Source: Tubiluchus corallicola
Lineage: Eukaryota; Animalia; Priapulida
DNA: 64,000 nt
Direction: 5' to 3'
NCBI GenBank assembly: GCA_030141605.1
Contig: JAQGDQ010000093.1
Span: forward strand, 558,001 to 622,000
Part shown: one piece after another, positions 37,873-52,469 of the stretch
How the letters are laid out: every line of letters starts with the position of its first letter
Position numbering within the stretch: the first letter of the stretch is position 1
Made by a program: the position numbers and the translations under genes
Notes under the pieces: model-generated
What the model was told of the DNA's origin: nothing
Databases searched by the model: none
What the model saw: only the letters and a program-made list of their open reading frames with translations

Positions 37873-38042
37873 GACGTACGTCATAATTTTCATATGAACA
37901 GCGGCTACCCCCTTACCTGGCAGTAGAATAAATTTACTTTATGACTTAGCGACAGTTTTTTGCAAATTTCTTCATTATATTTTTCTAAGTTTAAATGTTA
38001 ACAATAAAATAAACCCAACATACTAAGCGACTTGTCTTTTCT

Positions 38043-38583
38043 TTAAAGGAAAACCGGATGATTGTGTAAATATTAGTTCAGAATAAAGAGAATGCTCTAA
38101 AATATTGAAAACTACATAACTTTTTTAAAATCAAAACTTAGATTAAATAATAATTTCCTCGAATACTCAAATGTTGTTAAACCTTTTAAGCTAGTGAATC
38201 TACTAAGACTGGAAATGGCGCCTTTCTGTCACATTCGCGTGGCCGACAAATAGAAGGCAGTACCGTGATAACCACGATCATGAACTGCAGTGTTAGTTTC
38301 TGACGTCATATGACGTAGAGCCCATATTCGTGACATCACGCGTTTAAGCAGTAACACTTGACGCAAATGTGCTTGACGCGCAAGGGAAGATGCCTGCCAT
38401 TTTACAAACTGTGCTTAGTTTGTGACGTAAGCAGTAGCTGTGTTCGGTTGCCGTTCCTTAACTTTCTAAGCTAATTATTCAAATATAAGAAACAATTGCT
38501 AACTTTTATAGGCAAGAAAATGTATATTTTGGATAGTAAATTAAAATGAGATTCAGTGTAAACAATGTCCAATTTTCCTTTAA
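38043..38583 (+). mobile_element. MITE family B, full length
   Basis: ttaaaggaaaaccggatga ... gtccaattttcctttaa; TTAA on both sides. Confidence 0.85.
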
Positions 38584-39812
38584 ATAATTATTCTAGCGTG
38601 AAAGTGAGAGGGGGGGCAGAAATTATTATCCTGCGTCTGATTCGACAATTCTAACCCACTTTTCACCCCTCAGCTAAGCAATAAACAGTTGTACAATCTA
38701 ACAGATGTGGATCAATCCCCAAGCTTTATCTTCCCAACATAAGATCGTTACCTTTTTAACCCACCGATCGATAGATGTCGCTTCTCGCTTACGTCACGTG
38801 ATCGCTTTAACTTAATTCACCGAGAAGCCAATATGTTGTGTAAGCTTTTCCATTATATTAACCCATTCAGTTGAAAAACCGAAGTCTATTAGCCGGCTTC
38901 ATCATGCGTCGGTGAAATGTAGGCTGATGTTTTGGCGCTTCACCTCTTCCATAGATCAAAGTTTAGCGCATGCGCACTGCGATTTGCTTGTTTTTCGCTC
39001 TCAGCCTCATTATTAATTTACAGCAGGTGCATTGTACCGAGTTGACAACGTAAATTTCATAATTTATGCCTAGAATAAATTTACCACTCAGCGAATTACA
39101 AGCGAGCATGTATTATTTAATAGTTTGCGGAAATTTGTAATAACAATTAATGTAGATTTATTGGTCCTGCAAGTTGTAATATATATATGTAACGTTGCTT
39201 CGAATTTTGTCAAATTAAGCATTGGTCGTGAATCTTTCTGAAAATAAATAATAAAAAACGAAGCTACGTTTACAGTTAGAGATAATTATGACGAGCGAAA
39301 GAAATTCAGTTTTGAAAAATGTGCGCATTTATCATGGGATTGTTAGCAATTATTTCGATAGCAAATTTTTGCACAGAGAGGTAATCATTTACATATTTTC
39401 CTAATTTGTTAATTTTGACTAAAGGAAGTAACAATTCGTTACATTTTTTCTTTGCTTTCTATCTGCCTGCCTGCCTTCTCTATCATGCTCATGGGTGGTT
39501 GTAATAAGAGGAATAAATTACATGTGTCCTCTCTTCACAATCCAACTTTTCCTTTTCCATTGATCACTTATCTTTTCTTGTGACCTTTTTACCATCTTTT
39601 TTACTTTTTTCTTGTCTTGTTTTACCAACTTCTTTTTTCTCCTTCACTAATTTTAATTCGCACTTTATTTCTTACTTTTCTGTTTGTCCCACTGTCCTTC
39701 TCCCCTTTTCTTCTTTAACTTTTCTCTTCCTTTTTTCCTCCTCCTCTCTCAATTTCCTTTTCTTCTTTTTCTCTATCTCTGTTTCTTCCTCTCTTTGTTT
39801 CTCTCTCTACTT

Positions 39813-39860
<48 letters not shown>

Positions 39861-42800
39861 CTCTCCCCCCTCTGTTTTTCTTTCTTTTTTATTTTTCATT
39901 CTCCCTTTTTTCACGTTGTCTTTTTCTTTCTTTTCTCTAGCCATGCTTTTCTATTTCTTTCCCATTTTTTCTCTGCAGAGCACCTCTTTACAGCCTTCAC
40001 TTTTTTAAATCGTTTATTTTCAACGTGGCCACGACGTGAAGCCGTAACCTCTACCAGTAATTACTTACAACCACTCTCCCAAGCGTCTGATTCCGATAAT
40101 AAAACCAGTTTCTTTCCCGTAAAACAACCTGGAAGAGACGGGGAATCATCCGACATCTTTCACAAATGGATTACGAATCAGGCAAATGAATTATTAACTG
40201 CGTGCAATGTTGAGACGGATTTGTGCATGATTAGCTGAAGCGTAATACCACACCAGTTATTACGTGCGTGTTGATGATTGAAGCATAATGTCGCATCCCT
40301 TTTGTACAGTAGCAGTTGTGTGTTTAAGCAAGATTTTTTTCCTCAGTTATTTTCTAGGTTGATAAAAAGAGAAAGGTCAGCAAAACTAAACTGACTTTTA
40401 TAATATTCAGTAACGGAGTAAGCATTTCAATATTGTTTTCAAACGATGCCTGTTTGCATCTATGTGTCGTGAACGTATGCCTCGTGTAAAGAGCAACTTC
40501 TTGTGAACGCCCTGCAGGCGTGAGATTATAATACTTAAGAGCTAGTAGTCACTGACCCTACCACCGGAAGTATGCTAGAAGCGGTTACTCTAGCCAATCA
40601 GATGTGTATTAGGATGTGTATAAAGGTCAATCAACAGCAAATTGGAAGTAGTGCCCGTCTCCATGGTGACAAAGCAGCAGAGGACGTTACTATGGTGACA
40701 GGTCAGCAGTGGCTCGTTGCTAGGTGTTATTAAGGATAGATGTTTTTAGAGGTGTTAACTTAGATGTGGCATAAGTTAACTAAGCTTAGCCTCAGAATTG
40801 GGGTATAAGGACCAGCATTATCAGTCAGTTTGTAGACTGCATGTTGATGATTGTCCCTTTTGTACAGCAGAAGTTCTGTGTTTATGCGAGATTTTTTTTA
40901 TTGGTGTCGCAAATGCGGATTAGATTTTTGTTTTTTGTAAATATTTTAGAACTTTTAATATTTTAGCTCTTTACAAAAAAGGGGGAGTAATTATTGGCCG
41001 ACTGAAAACCTGGTGGTTAAAGTTCAAGTCCACATTTCGATGTACTAAAATATAATTAGAATAAAGTATGTTAGTATCGAAATTCTGAGTAGTAATGCCC
41101 TTTATGGAAAACAAGAACGATTTAAAATATGCCCATAGTTATTTTTACATTACAGGAACATTTAACAAGTGATATTTACAATGAATATATGGAAAATAAC
41201 GACTACATGATAATGGCGATTCGAATAAATACAGCAACATGCTACGTTTTAGGCAGAGAAGTGCTATGTATGTGCCATTGGCTACATTAAGTTAGCGACT
41301 ACGTCAAAATGAGCATGAGTGAAACAATTTACATAAACACTACAAAATACAAATATAAAGACTACATACCGAGAACTGGCTACGGATTAACCTCGATAAT
41401 GAGGAGGCGGAGTGTAATAGCATGATCTTATGTCACCCCAAGCTAGCTAGAAAATTTTTGGCAAGATTACAACTATATATATCTTCTGTGAAGGAAGCCT
41501 GTGTATAGGTGATTACACGGCTAATTGGGAATGAATCCGAAATTAGTTTACATAGAGTTAAATATATACTATGAAAACATGTTTACTAGGGCAGATCTAT
41601 GTAACGGTGAATAAACACTTTTACTCGAGAAGCACCATCCTGGCGTTGTTGGACAACAAAACTGAACTGAGTTCTACAACAGTCCCAATATCCGTCATAC
41701 AAGACACTCATTAAGATCAGAATTTAATGTCTTGAAATAAACAGCAACTTTATTAAACACTAATAAACGAAACGACAACAACAGCCTTCATATTATCTCA
41801 GCCATGCCGTCCGCTTCACAACACTGAAGAACACTCTGATGCAATCATAGAACAATGCAGCAAGTGCTGCCATCTATTAGTGACAATGCATACCTTACGA
41901 CTTAAATTGCATTTTATAATCACCATCATCAACATCATCATCATCGTATGCCCATTACGTTTATGGTAGATATGGGGGGGGGGGCAGAATTCTTAAATAA
42001 ATCTACCCTCAAGACAGGTAAACACAGCACTAATCCAGCAAAAAACTAAACATTGCTATGCCAATGGCTTGTCAGCACCACTTCCGGATTATAGTAGCAG
42101 CATAATTTTAAATCGTTTTGATTTAATTCCCAATAACGAATTAGACTCATTAACATTCCGATCTTGTGTATTTATAAATATTTTTTATTCTCGTTTAATC
42201 TCTGAAGAAAAAAATCACCGAGTCCCTGTGGAATAAGGTATCGTATACATTTTTGACGGTGCGTCTCTGCAATTAGCATTCTCGCATGTGGAGTTTCCAT
42301 TAGTGAACAAAACAAGTAATGGAAAAATATGGCGCCGTCAGTGAGAGCAGTATTTGAGTTAATTTTTAATGAAGACATTTGTAAATACATGTAGCCACTA
42401 GTCTACATTAAAAATGATAAAACCTCGTCCCCAGGATAATACTTACCCGTTGCAATATCAAATTTTAAGAATTCTTGCTTGTGTAATGCGTTAAAGTCGA
42501 CAACAGATGGCAGACTTGGCAACTGAGATGTCGATTACCTAGGGGCTACGTTTCTGGTTATGTTATATCTTTTACTAGTGGTTTGGGTTAGAGTTTAGGG
42601 TAGCTAGCTTAATGCAGCATAGGAGCAGCATATTTCTAAATCATATTCTTTTCATTTCAGTAACGAATTAGACTCATTGGCTTATCAAAGTGTGTTTGAT
42701 TGTGCTGCCATCTAAGGGCAAACTATGCAGATAAATCAGATAGCGTTTGTTCAAGATGACAGGAACAGAAATTTGCTCTACAGCGGTTTATTGAATTACT

Positions 42801-43007
42801 TAAATGTCAAATTAAATGTCTGAACTCCTAGACGTTTATAAATTGATCAAGTTGTAGATTGATCAAGGTCGTCAAGGTCAATGTTATTGCTTTAACAAAA
42901 AACAAATTGTCGAAGAGATTCAAGTCTTTTCGTCTTGTGATTCAATTGTGTATGTTTCAAGGGACGCCTAGCTGCCAAAGAATGCTTTATGATGATCGTT
43001 TTAGAAT

Positions 43008-43105
<98 letters not shown>

Positions 43106-43931
43106 AAACAAACGTCTCGAAAAAATAGGAAAACTATAGTAAACACATCTGCTGTCATAATGCCTGGACTTCCAGGAATCCATCCCTGGTATTATTTTCC
43201 TGGATAAATTGGCTGGCAAAATGACCCGCTTTTAGTATTTTCAATTTTGTTACATGGACAATCAACAGACATTGTGCATTGAAAAAGGGGCGAGCTCTTT
43301 TATATCACGCGGTTTATGCATCTTAAAATATTCATATTTAATAAAGGAAACGTGGGTATTCAGTGACGGATCGTCAGAATGTCAGGAGTTCAGAGAAAAT
43401 GTTTTTCACAAAAATTCTTACAGTATTCTTGCCGACACGTTGACGTTTTTAGGTACTTCTAACAACAACACGAATGCTTAATTAAACAATGCGTTTCCAT
43501 TGGCTATTAGGAAACGCTTTTATGCAGCGCCCTCTCTATACATCCGGGCTTTTATGTAAGAACAAATTTGCTTGGAAAATTTCGTCTTTTTGAAATGTTT
43601 AAGCAAAATTTGTGCGCATAATTTCGAAAGATTGCGCGGTTTAACTTAATTTGCCAGTGAATTTCTCGGTGAACGTAAGCAGTGCTTTGATTGTAAATTT
43701 GTGGAATATACGTTGTTAAGTGCAGGCATAAAATACTGTAATTTAACAGGTTTAACTTATGTAAGGTCATATAACGGAAACGGTAACTGCAACAAAGGCT
43801 CCAGATAAAGCAAAAGTTGTTAAGATATAAAATGTTTCAAGCATAATATAGTCATCATCATCATCATCATCATCATCATCGTCGTCGTCGTCGTCGTCGT
43901 CGTCGTCATCATCATCATCATCATCATCATC

Positions 43932-44042
<111 letters not shown>

Positions 44043-44113
44043 TCAACAACAACAACAACAATAATAATGTTAATAATAATAATAAACTAATGATAATGAT
44101 AATAATAATAATA

Positions 44114-44208
<95 letters not shown>

Positions 44209-44399
44209 AATGATGATAATGATAATGAGAATGATAATGATAATGATAATGACAATGATAATGATAATGACAATTATAATGATAATGATAAAAAGAAGTC
44301 TTTATTCAAACAGGAACATATATGCAAAAAGGTGCCTCTTTTTGCAGGCTCAGATTAACAATTTACGTTTTCATATTCTCAACGCAAGTACGATAAATG

Positions 44400-45043
44400 T
44401 ATAAAATTGCTATAAAGTAATATAATATAACGCGTTTTTCTGAAACCTACTTCAGTACCCCTTTTTTGTCCGTTAAGTCTCTACAAAAATCCCCTGGCCT
44501 GTTAAAAAGACATGAAGCACTGTCAATGAAAGACAGTTAAAATCAAGCACAAGAAAACTCTATACTTATATAGAAATAAAAAAATTGCCTTGAAATTTTG
44601 TATCACCTACTACTGTTTTATTGTATATAGAGCTTGCGTTAGCAACGATGCTGTATAAAACTTGTTGATTTAAACTCCCCTGATGACCGTTAGGTGTAGC
44701 CATTTCAACGTTAGGTCATTTGAAACAAGTTTAAATAACGTTGCATAAAATTTGACAAAATAATCAGAGCATTCGTAGCATACTTTTCCCTAGCTAAGCA
44801 AAAGTTTAAATTACTTTATATAGTCAATGAGATTAATAATATATTTTTTTTGATGAATCAGTGGTGCACATTGGGAAGGTGTGACAGTGACGCTTTTCCA
44901 GGCGTGAACGTTTTAAATGACTAAGAATCATTTTTTCTAGCTGCATAAGTCCTTCAAACAGGTAAGCGTAATGTTGAGTAATATAAGTCTGTGTGAAAAG
45001 TTTTTTGAAACATAATTTAAAATTACCATTTCTTTTCCTTTAA
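44400..45043 (-). mobile_element. MITE family C-related fragments
   Basis: 44400-44477 is an inverted left end; 44600-45043 is an inverted body ending ttttcctttaa. Confidence 0.65.
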
Positions 45044-45200
45044 CTAGTTTTTGAATAAACCAACCCAAGCAACTGTTTGAGCGCTATTACACTATTATGT
45101 AATGCAATAGTAACGTAACATTACAGTAATGGTAGTAACGTAATATTATGTAATGTAACACTATTACGTTATGTAATTGTGTTAATAAAAATAAATTGTA

Positions 45201-45418
45201 CAGAGTGTTCCTGAACAAATACTGCAATAGACATATGCTGATACGCTGAAATGTGTTAATCAAATCATAAAGAAATACTACGGGTGACTTTGCATTGTGA
45301 CGCCACAATGAGGTAAAATGTCAATTGTATTTGCATAATTCTAACTTCGCTACTTTTGTTTTTGCACACTACTATATTATATCAGCATATTTTTGCTGCA
45401 CTGTTCTGGGACACCCTG
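45201..45418. mobile_element. Tc1/mariner-like MITE
   Basis: TA|cagagtgttcctgaaca ... tgttctgggacaccctg|TA. Confidence 0.75.
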
Positions 45419-45769
45419 TACAATGCCAACCTGCAGTTTCATCTTCCACAAGACAGGCTCTTCAATTTAGTTATGAGGGTTCGTTACATATGACTAATAG
45501 TATGAGCAGGCCTGTGCCAAAAATTATTCGTATTTCCTATTTTGATCTAATAATAATTGAATTGATAAAGTAAGGTACAGTTTTATTCAAAATAAATCAA
45601 TACTAACAAGCAAGAAACTATCCCACGAAACAAGGCTGTGACTCTTCAATGCACATGTAACTAGCATCTTCATGCACAACAGTGAAATTTGGGCTTCCCT
45701 GCAACTCAGGAAGCAGAAATGAATGGATTTCACAGAGGCCTACTCAGAAAAATCTTAAAAATAAAATGG

Positions 45770-46590
45770 CCATTTCATTTCATATCATTTCAAATGAGCA
45801 GCTGTATAACAGAACCAAAAAGAAACTTTGGAGCACTAAAATCAGAATCAGAAGACCAAGATTGGTAGGACATTTAATGAGATTGCCAGAAACAACATCA
45901 GTAAGGTTAGCATTAAACAGAACCAAAGAGGATCTTTGGACCACTAAAATTAGAATCAGAAGACTAAGATGGGTAGGGCAATTAATGAGATTGCCAGAAA
46001 CAACATCAGTAAGATTAGCATTAAACAGAACTAAAGAGGATCTTTGGACCACTAAAATTAGAATCAGAAGACTAAGATGGGTAGGACAATTAATGAGATT
46101 GCCAGAAACAACATCAGTAAGATTAGCATTAAAAAGAACTAAAGAGGATCTTTGGACCATTAAAATTGGAATCAGAAGACGACTAAGATGGGTAGGACAA
46201 TTAATGAGATTGCCAGAAACAACATCAGTAAGATTAGCATTAAACAGAACCAAAGAGGATCTTTGGACCGCTAAAATTAGAATCAGAAGACTAAGATGGG
46301 TAGGACATTTAATGAGGTTGCCAGAAATACACCAGTAAGATTAGCATTAAACGAGGCACTGAAACCTGCTAAACGACCTTCAGGCAAAACCAAAAGAACT
46401 TGGATATCAAGAATTAATAAAGATTTACAACACCTGAGATGAAACCTAACAATAGCATCACAGGAATTGAAAATTTTAGCTGCAGACAGGAAACAGTGGA
46501 GTGCTCTAATAAAGGTTAGAGGGTCAATGTGTACAATAGATGATTAGAGCAACAGAAAAAAGAAGAAAAAGAAGAAGAAGAAGAAGAAAA
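45770..46590 (+). mobile_element. RTE-clade LINE 3' end with internal 108-bp tandem array and (GAA)n tail
   Basis: ISNEQLY...IRIRRLRWVGHLMRLPE, then ...KRPSGK/KRTWI..INKDL, LAADRKQW across frameshifts; (GAA)n at about 46560-46588. Confidence 0.85.
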
Positions 46591-47196
46591 TAAGCAACTT
46601 TTTCAACGCCTTCATAGGGATCGTTTTGCTGTTGGCTGCTTTATGGTGACTTCATCTTTGTGGCAACTGATCAAAATTCGAAGGCGGTCAGAAAGATATT
46701 GCAGTCGTATTTATTCAGTCAAGTACTTTGCTGTGTCATTGTGAAATAACTACTCCACCCCGAGGGTAATTTGAAAACCAGTGGCGGTTTAAGGACAATA
46801 AGGGGAATCTTCGAAAATTCACATTTCACCGTTTTCTTGACGATACATGTTTGACGTCTGCCGTACTTTACGAATCGGGTTACAAAAATTATTCACTTCT
46901 GGTCTGCTACCTTTTCAACGTTTTTTCTGCCATCTCACCGCTTTTTCAACGTCGGACCAAATGGTTTTGGATGCGGATAGAATAGCTTACCGAGAGTAAA
47001 ATGCTTGAAGTGCTTCTGGCAAGAGTTACGATGTTTTTGTTACTGCAACGTATAAAAAATTGAAGTCAAAATGGAAAAGAGTAAACACGCAGCTGAGTTG
47101 GGAGTCTTATAAGTAATGAAAAGCTTTTATTGAGGTTACAACTTACAACTTACAATTTACAACCATTCTTGCAACTTTAAATTTCAATTCCGTCTC

Positions 47197-47850
47197 TTAA
47201 AGTAAAACCGGATCCAATCTTAAACTGTAGGTCAAAACGATCTACTCGTTAAAATATTGAAAGGAAACACTATTTTTTCAAAAATGACTTACGTGAAAGA
47301 ATTATTACCACACAAACACAATTTCACATTCGAGCCGCTAGTTCTTCACTGTTACATGCATTTCGTTATTCGCTAGTTAGACGGGCACCAGCTCCTACAT
47401 TTCGGCAACACATTGCCCAAAAAACAGGTGCTGTACTTCCCAGTTAAATGGATTAGCTTGTGACGAACTACACACGTTCGACAGCTCATGTGTGAGCACA
47501 GCGGTAACCTTTCGTTTCTTTTTCTTCATTCTCTTTTCTTCTTCTCCTCTCCATTTTTTATTATCCTTTTCCTCTATTCCTCTGCCTTCGCTCTCATTTG
47601 CTTTTTGCTCGCTATTTGCCTCTACCATTTCTTTTTCTGTCCCAATTTTCTTCCTTTCTGCTGTACCTCTCAGTTCAGATATGTTAGTTTGTGACAAACT
47701 GCACACGTTCGACAGCTCATGTGTAAGCACAGCGGTAAATTTAAAATTGGAATTTTTGCCTTAAAACTTGCCTAGTTTTAGTACAACATACTGAATATCT
47801 TACAGTAGCACTGTACTTCAATTTTCGCTTTCGCAAACGCGTGCAACGCC
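47197..47850 (-). mobile_element. MITE family A, partial and rearranged
   Basis: Starts ttaaagtaaaaccggatcc; an internal duplication of about 78 bp surrounds a pyrimidine-rich insert. Confidence 0.8.
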
Positions 47851-47854
47851 CTCC

Positions 47855-48127
47855 TAACTACAACCGTTACGTGACATGTAGGTAAAGCAAAGCCGTCTGC
47901 TGTATCAGTTCAGTAACTTCAGTTGTTTTACGTGAACTTTAGTTAAATATGCATTAGTCTGTGCTGGCTCTTGCTTGGGAACAAGAAAAATGAACCAGGC
48001 AAAGTTCTTGCTAGCTGTTAAAACTGTTACTAGTACAACACAGAAAAGTGCACAGAAATGTGTTGTCTGGTACACTTAACCTTTGACATTTCCACGATCA
48101 TCGTCTAGAACTGTGAATAGGCTTATT
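47855..48127 (-). mobile_element. Partial copy of the 971-1362 MITE
   Basis: Reverse-complement similarity to 971-1280; ends gaactgtgaataggcttatt. Confidence 0.75.
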
Positions 48128-48624
48128 AATAAGATTATTTTTTGTAATTAATTCACAGCCTATCAACTATTTGTAATCATATTTCTGGATATAAACATTT
48201 GAAATGTACTAGCCTCTTGCTGTGTTCACTGTCTACTTCCATTTCTGTTATTCTGGCGAATTTCTCATTCACGTTGGGGTAATTGCCTCGTCAAAATGCA
48301 ACACGGTTTCCAATTTCTTTGACTTCCATTTCAAAACTCGCAGGAAAGTGTATCAACCGGAGAAATTCGTCTAGCTGTTCAAGCGTGAACTCGCTCTCTT
48401 TCTGGCTTCTTTGCTTGGCTTCTCATGGCTGTTCCGTCGATAAGCTGACCAACTAATGCTTGGTATGCTGATGTTTGACAGGAATTTTTCATATGGACTC
48501 AGGTAGAGGTGCGTATGTCAGCAATTTGAAATGATAATTTTTAATGCATAGGGGTCGGCCAGAAAAAAGTTCTCTTTCTCTCACTCCTCTCGCTCTCTCC
48601 CTTTCACTCTGTTTCTCTCTCTCT

Positions 48625-48656
<32 letters not shown>

Positions 48657-48703
48657 TACCCTCCCCTCAGTCTCTCTCTCTCTTTTTCTCTCTCTCTCTC
48701 TCT

Positions 48704-48809
<106 letters not shown>

Positions 48810-48818
48810 CTCTCTCTC

Positions 48819-48885
<67 letters not shown>

Positions 48886-49351
48886 ATCTTTCTTTCTCTC
48901 TCTCTCTCTCTCGTTCTCTCTCTCTCCTCTTTTCTCTCTTGTTCTCTCTCTGCTTTCCAACCTTCACAAAGCAATTATAGAATTCATAATCAGAATATAC
49001 CTCAACAATGACACGCCAATAATAATCGTAATGATCGAGTTCTAGCTCTAATGACAATCTATACATTATTAATGGCGGTACAAATGACTCATTTAGTAAG
49101 CGTTCTATCGGTTGAATGGTCATTGGTACTCCCCTCAAGTTGTCTGACCATCTGCTGACCAATATACATATCATTAATAAGCAAAACGGTCACGAGGGTG
49201 TGCAGATTACGGTACTTAGCAGTCGTTCTTCTGCACACGCTAACGGTTAGGGAGCTGTTGTTATTTTGTACGGTGGAGTGGTTTCTTTTCATGTAATATT
49301 TTAATCATTTGGTTTAATTTAGTTTGTAAATTTATTTAAGCAGCTATTTAT

Positions 49352-49395
<44 letters not shown>

Positions 49396-49415
49396 GATGA
49401 TGATGATGGTGATGG

Positions 49416-49464
<49 letters not shown>

Positions 49465-49479
49465 AATGGTGATGGTTAC

Positions 49480-49524
<45 letters not shown>

Positions 49525-50199
49525 AATGATAATGGTGATGGTGATGGTTAAGATGATGACGATGATGGTGATGATGGTGATGATTATGATTATGATGACG
49601 ATGATGATGATGATGATGATGATGAATGCTGGTGAGCCGTAACCTGCCTAGTTGACAAAACTTCTCTGGCGAGATTAGGAACAGACCATCTTATGAAATA
49701 CAAGCTGTAAGCTAATTCCTTATTTGGAGTAGCAGAGGGCTTGATTGGGGCAATAATTATTTAGAATGGAGGCACGAAATTCTTATACGCACGCAACGCA
49801 GACAGCGTACTATTTATAAAAAACCTTTTTAATAAAGAATTGTCATTAACTTTTCTTTTTCAAGAATCTTAGTAATGTAAATAACGCCTCGGAACAAAAC
49901 GCCACAGACCACATGTTGCTAAATCGGCCAGTTCGTTCAGTAATTGACTGGTCAAATTATCCAATTTGGTCCTCAAACAGCTAACAACTCATAGGGCGAG
50001 CCTGAGTCTTTGTACCATTTGTCTAATTTGGCAGATGTATTTAGAGGAGTATGATTTGATTGGGCTACTATTATTGGACGTTTACTATCGATTAAGCAAT
50101 AATTTGTCTACATGACGATTATTCAGTTTATTAGCAGTGATATTCTGTATGCTTTTGACCTCTGTTCTTCATGGTATGAAACTAATTAGAGAATATGTA

Positions 50200-50592
<393 letters not shown>

Positions 50593-51136
50593 CTCATTTT
50601 GGTTACTTTCCATTTTACTTTGAGGTGTTGCTTAGTCTAGTGACGTAAAACATGAACTCCAGAAAAAAATCCCACATCTAATTATGTTTTACTTGACAGA
50701 TGGTCAACGTAAATGACCACTGGTAATCAAGCAACCACTCATTGAAACACTTAACACTTTCATCAGTCGACGCGATATCCACTCCCCAAGGAATGTCGAG
50801 TAATTCATCACTGATTAACTGGGCTTCTTTGGGGTGATCACCCAAACCGCAGAAAAGGGCAAAATAAGCAATTTCAACAATTATATTAATATGTACAAAA
50901 ACCGTGTTAAAAGTTCCGATCAAGTCAGGGCTTTTTGCCACAATCAACGTTTTTTGGAGAATGTGTCAAATTTTGTTTCATTCCCCAAATTCGCATTCAA
51001 TCATAAGTGGAAAATATAATTATAAACATGTTGGTCAATTGGCCTGTCAGTCAGTCAGCGTGCCGATGGGTGTAGTTGCTTGGGTGAGTGGGCGAGTGAC
51101 TGAGAGAGTGACTGAATTAGTCAGTTATTCACTCAA

Positions 51137-51705
51137 TCAGTCAGTCAGTCAGTCAGTCAGTCAGTCAGTCAGTCAGTCAGTCAGTCAGTCAGTCAGTCAG
51201 TCAGTCAGTCAGTCAGTCAGTCAGTCAGTCAGTCAGTCAGTCAGTCAGTCAGTCAGTCAGTCAGTCAGTCAGTCAGTCAGTCAGTCAGTCAGTCAGTCAG
51301 TCAGTCAGTCAGTCAGTCAGTCAGTCAGTCAGTCAGTCAGTCAGTCAGTCAGTCAGTCTCAGTCAGTCAGTCAGTCAGTCAGTCAGTCAGTCAGTCAGTC
51401 AGTCTCAGTCAGTCAGTCAGTCAGTCAGTCAGTCAGTCAGTCAGTCAGTCAGTCAGTCAGTCAGTCAGTCAGTCAGTCAGTCATTCAGTCAGTCAGTCAG
51501 TCAGTCAGTCAGTCAGTCAGTCAGTCAGTCAGTCAGCCAGCCAGTTTCTTAGTCTGCTAGTCAATCAGTCAGTCAGTCGGTCGGTCGGTCGGTCGGTCGG
51601 TCGGTCGGTCGGTCGGTCAGTCAGTCAGTCAGTCAGCCAGTTTCTTAGTCTGCTAGCCAGTCAATCAGTCATTTAGTTAGTTAGTCAATCAATCAGTCAG
51701 TCAGA
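51137..51705. repeat. (TCAG)n/(TCGG)n array; other tetramer arrays at 34570-34860 and 59360-59795
   Basis: Directly visible. Confidence 0.95.
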
Positions 51706-52285
51706 AAGTCAAACAGCTAGCCAATCAATCTACCATCTAACACTTTAAACAGCAGATATCTTCGACTCTGGGACAGTCTCACATCCCCTTCGGTTCTCTC
51801 TGCTGAAACCCTGGAAGCAGTAGCGGATGCTGAGTGTCATTTCTACATCAAATATCACCGCACTTTAGGATGTATGCCTAACTGTGTCGTATTATAAACA
51901 TTCCTTGTTGACTTTATTCCATGCAGATTCATGCTTGTGGTCTCTTTAAACACACTGGTGTCGCTAAGCTATGGAATTGTTCAAGAGCTTGTGAGAATAA
52001 CATCTTTTGAAACACTTACCCTGAGGCTGAGGAGCAATACCTGCGGTGAAACTTACGCTCTCGTAGTGCGAATAGTGCTTTTATAAATTTTTAAAACTGA
52101 TTATTTTATCGAAGACGTTTTGGGGCTGACAGATTCGGTACATTGTGATTGTAAACACGTTTTTTTCGGACAGTATTTCAGTTCGGATTGTCTCGTGGAT
52201 GATACAGAATTGGTAAGCTGTGTTTTATTTCTTGCATTGCTAGACGGTTAACTTACTTGTATGCAGTTAAGAATGAAAGAAAGAA

Positions 52286-52367
<82 letters not shown>

Positions 52368-52469
52368 TGGTGCAGAAAAGGAGAAGGTATTAGAGGAGAA
52401 GAGGAGAGACACGGCGCAGAAGAGGTGCAAGGGTGACGGGGCCGATTTCCTTAGATTTCTCTCGTCGTA

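Noticed and set aside
41600-41900. Solo LTR
   Set aside because: No clear TG...CA boundaries, TSD or second copy.
45682-46338. 218-aa repeat protein as a host gene
   Set aside because: It is RTE ORF2 C-terminal sequence, extended by tandem duplication and followed by a (GAA)n tail.
50678-50947. LINE ORF2 remnant (LLDIPW...VKCFNEWL)
   Set aside because: The resemblance is too short and weak to call without a search.
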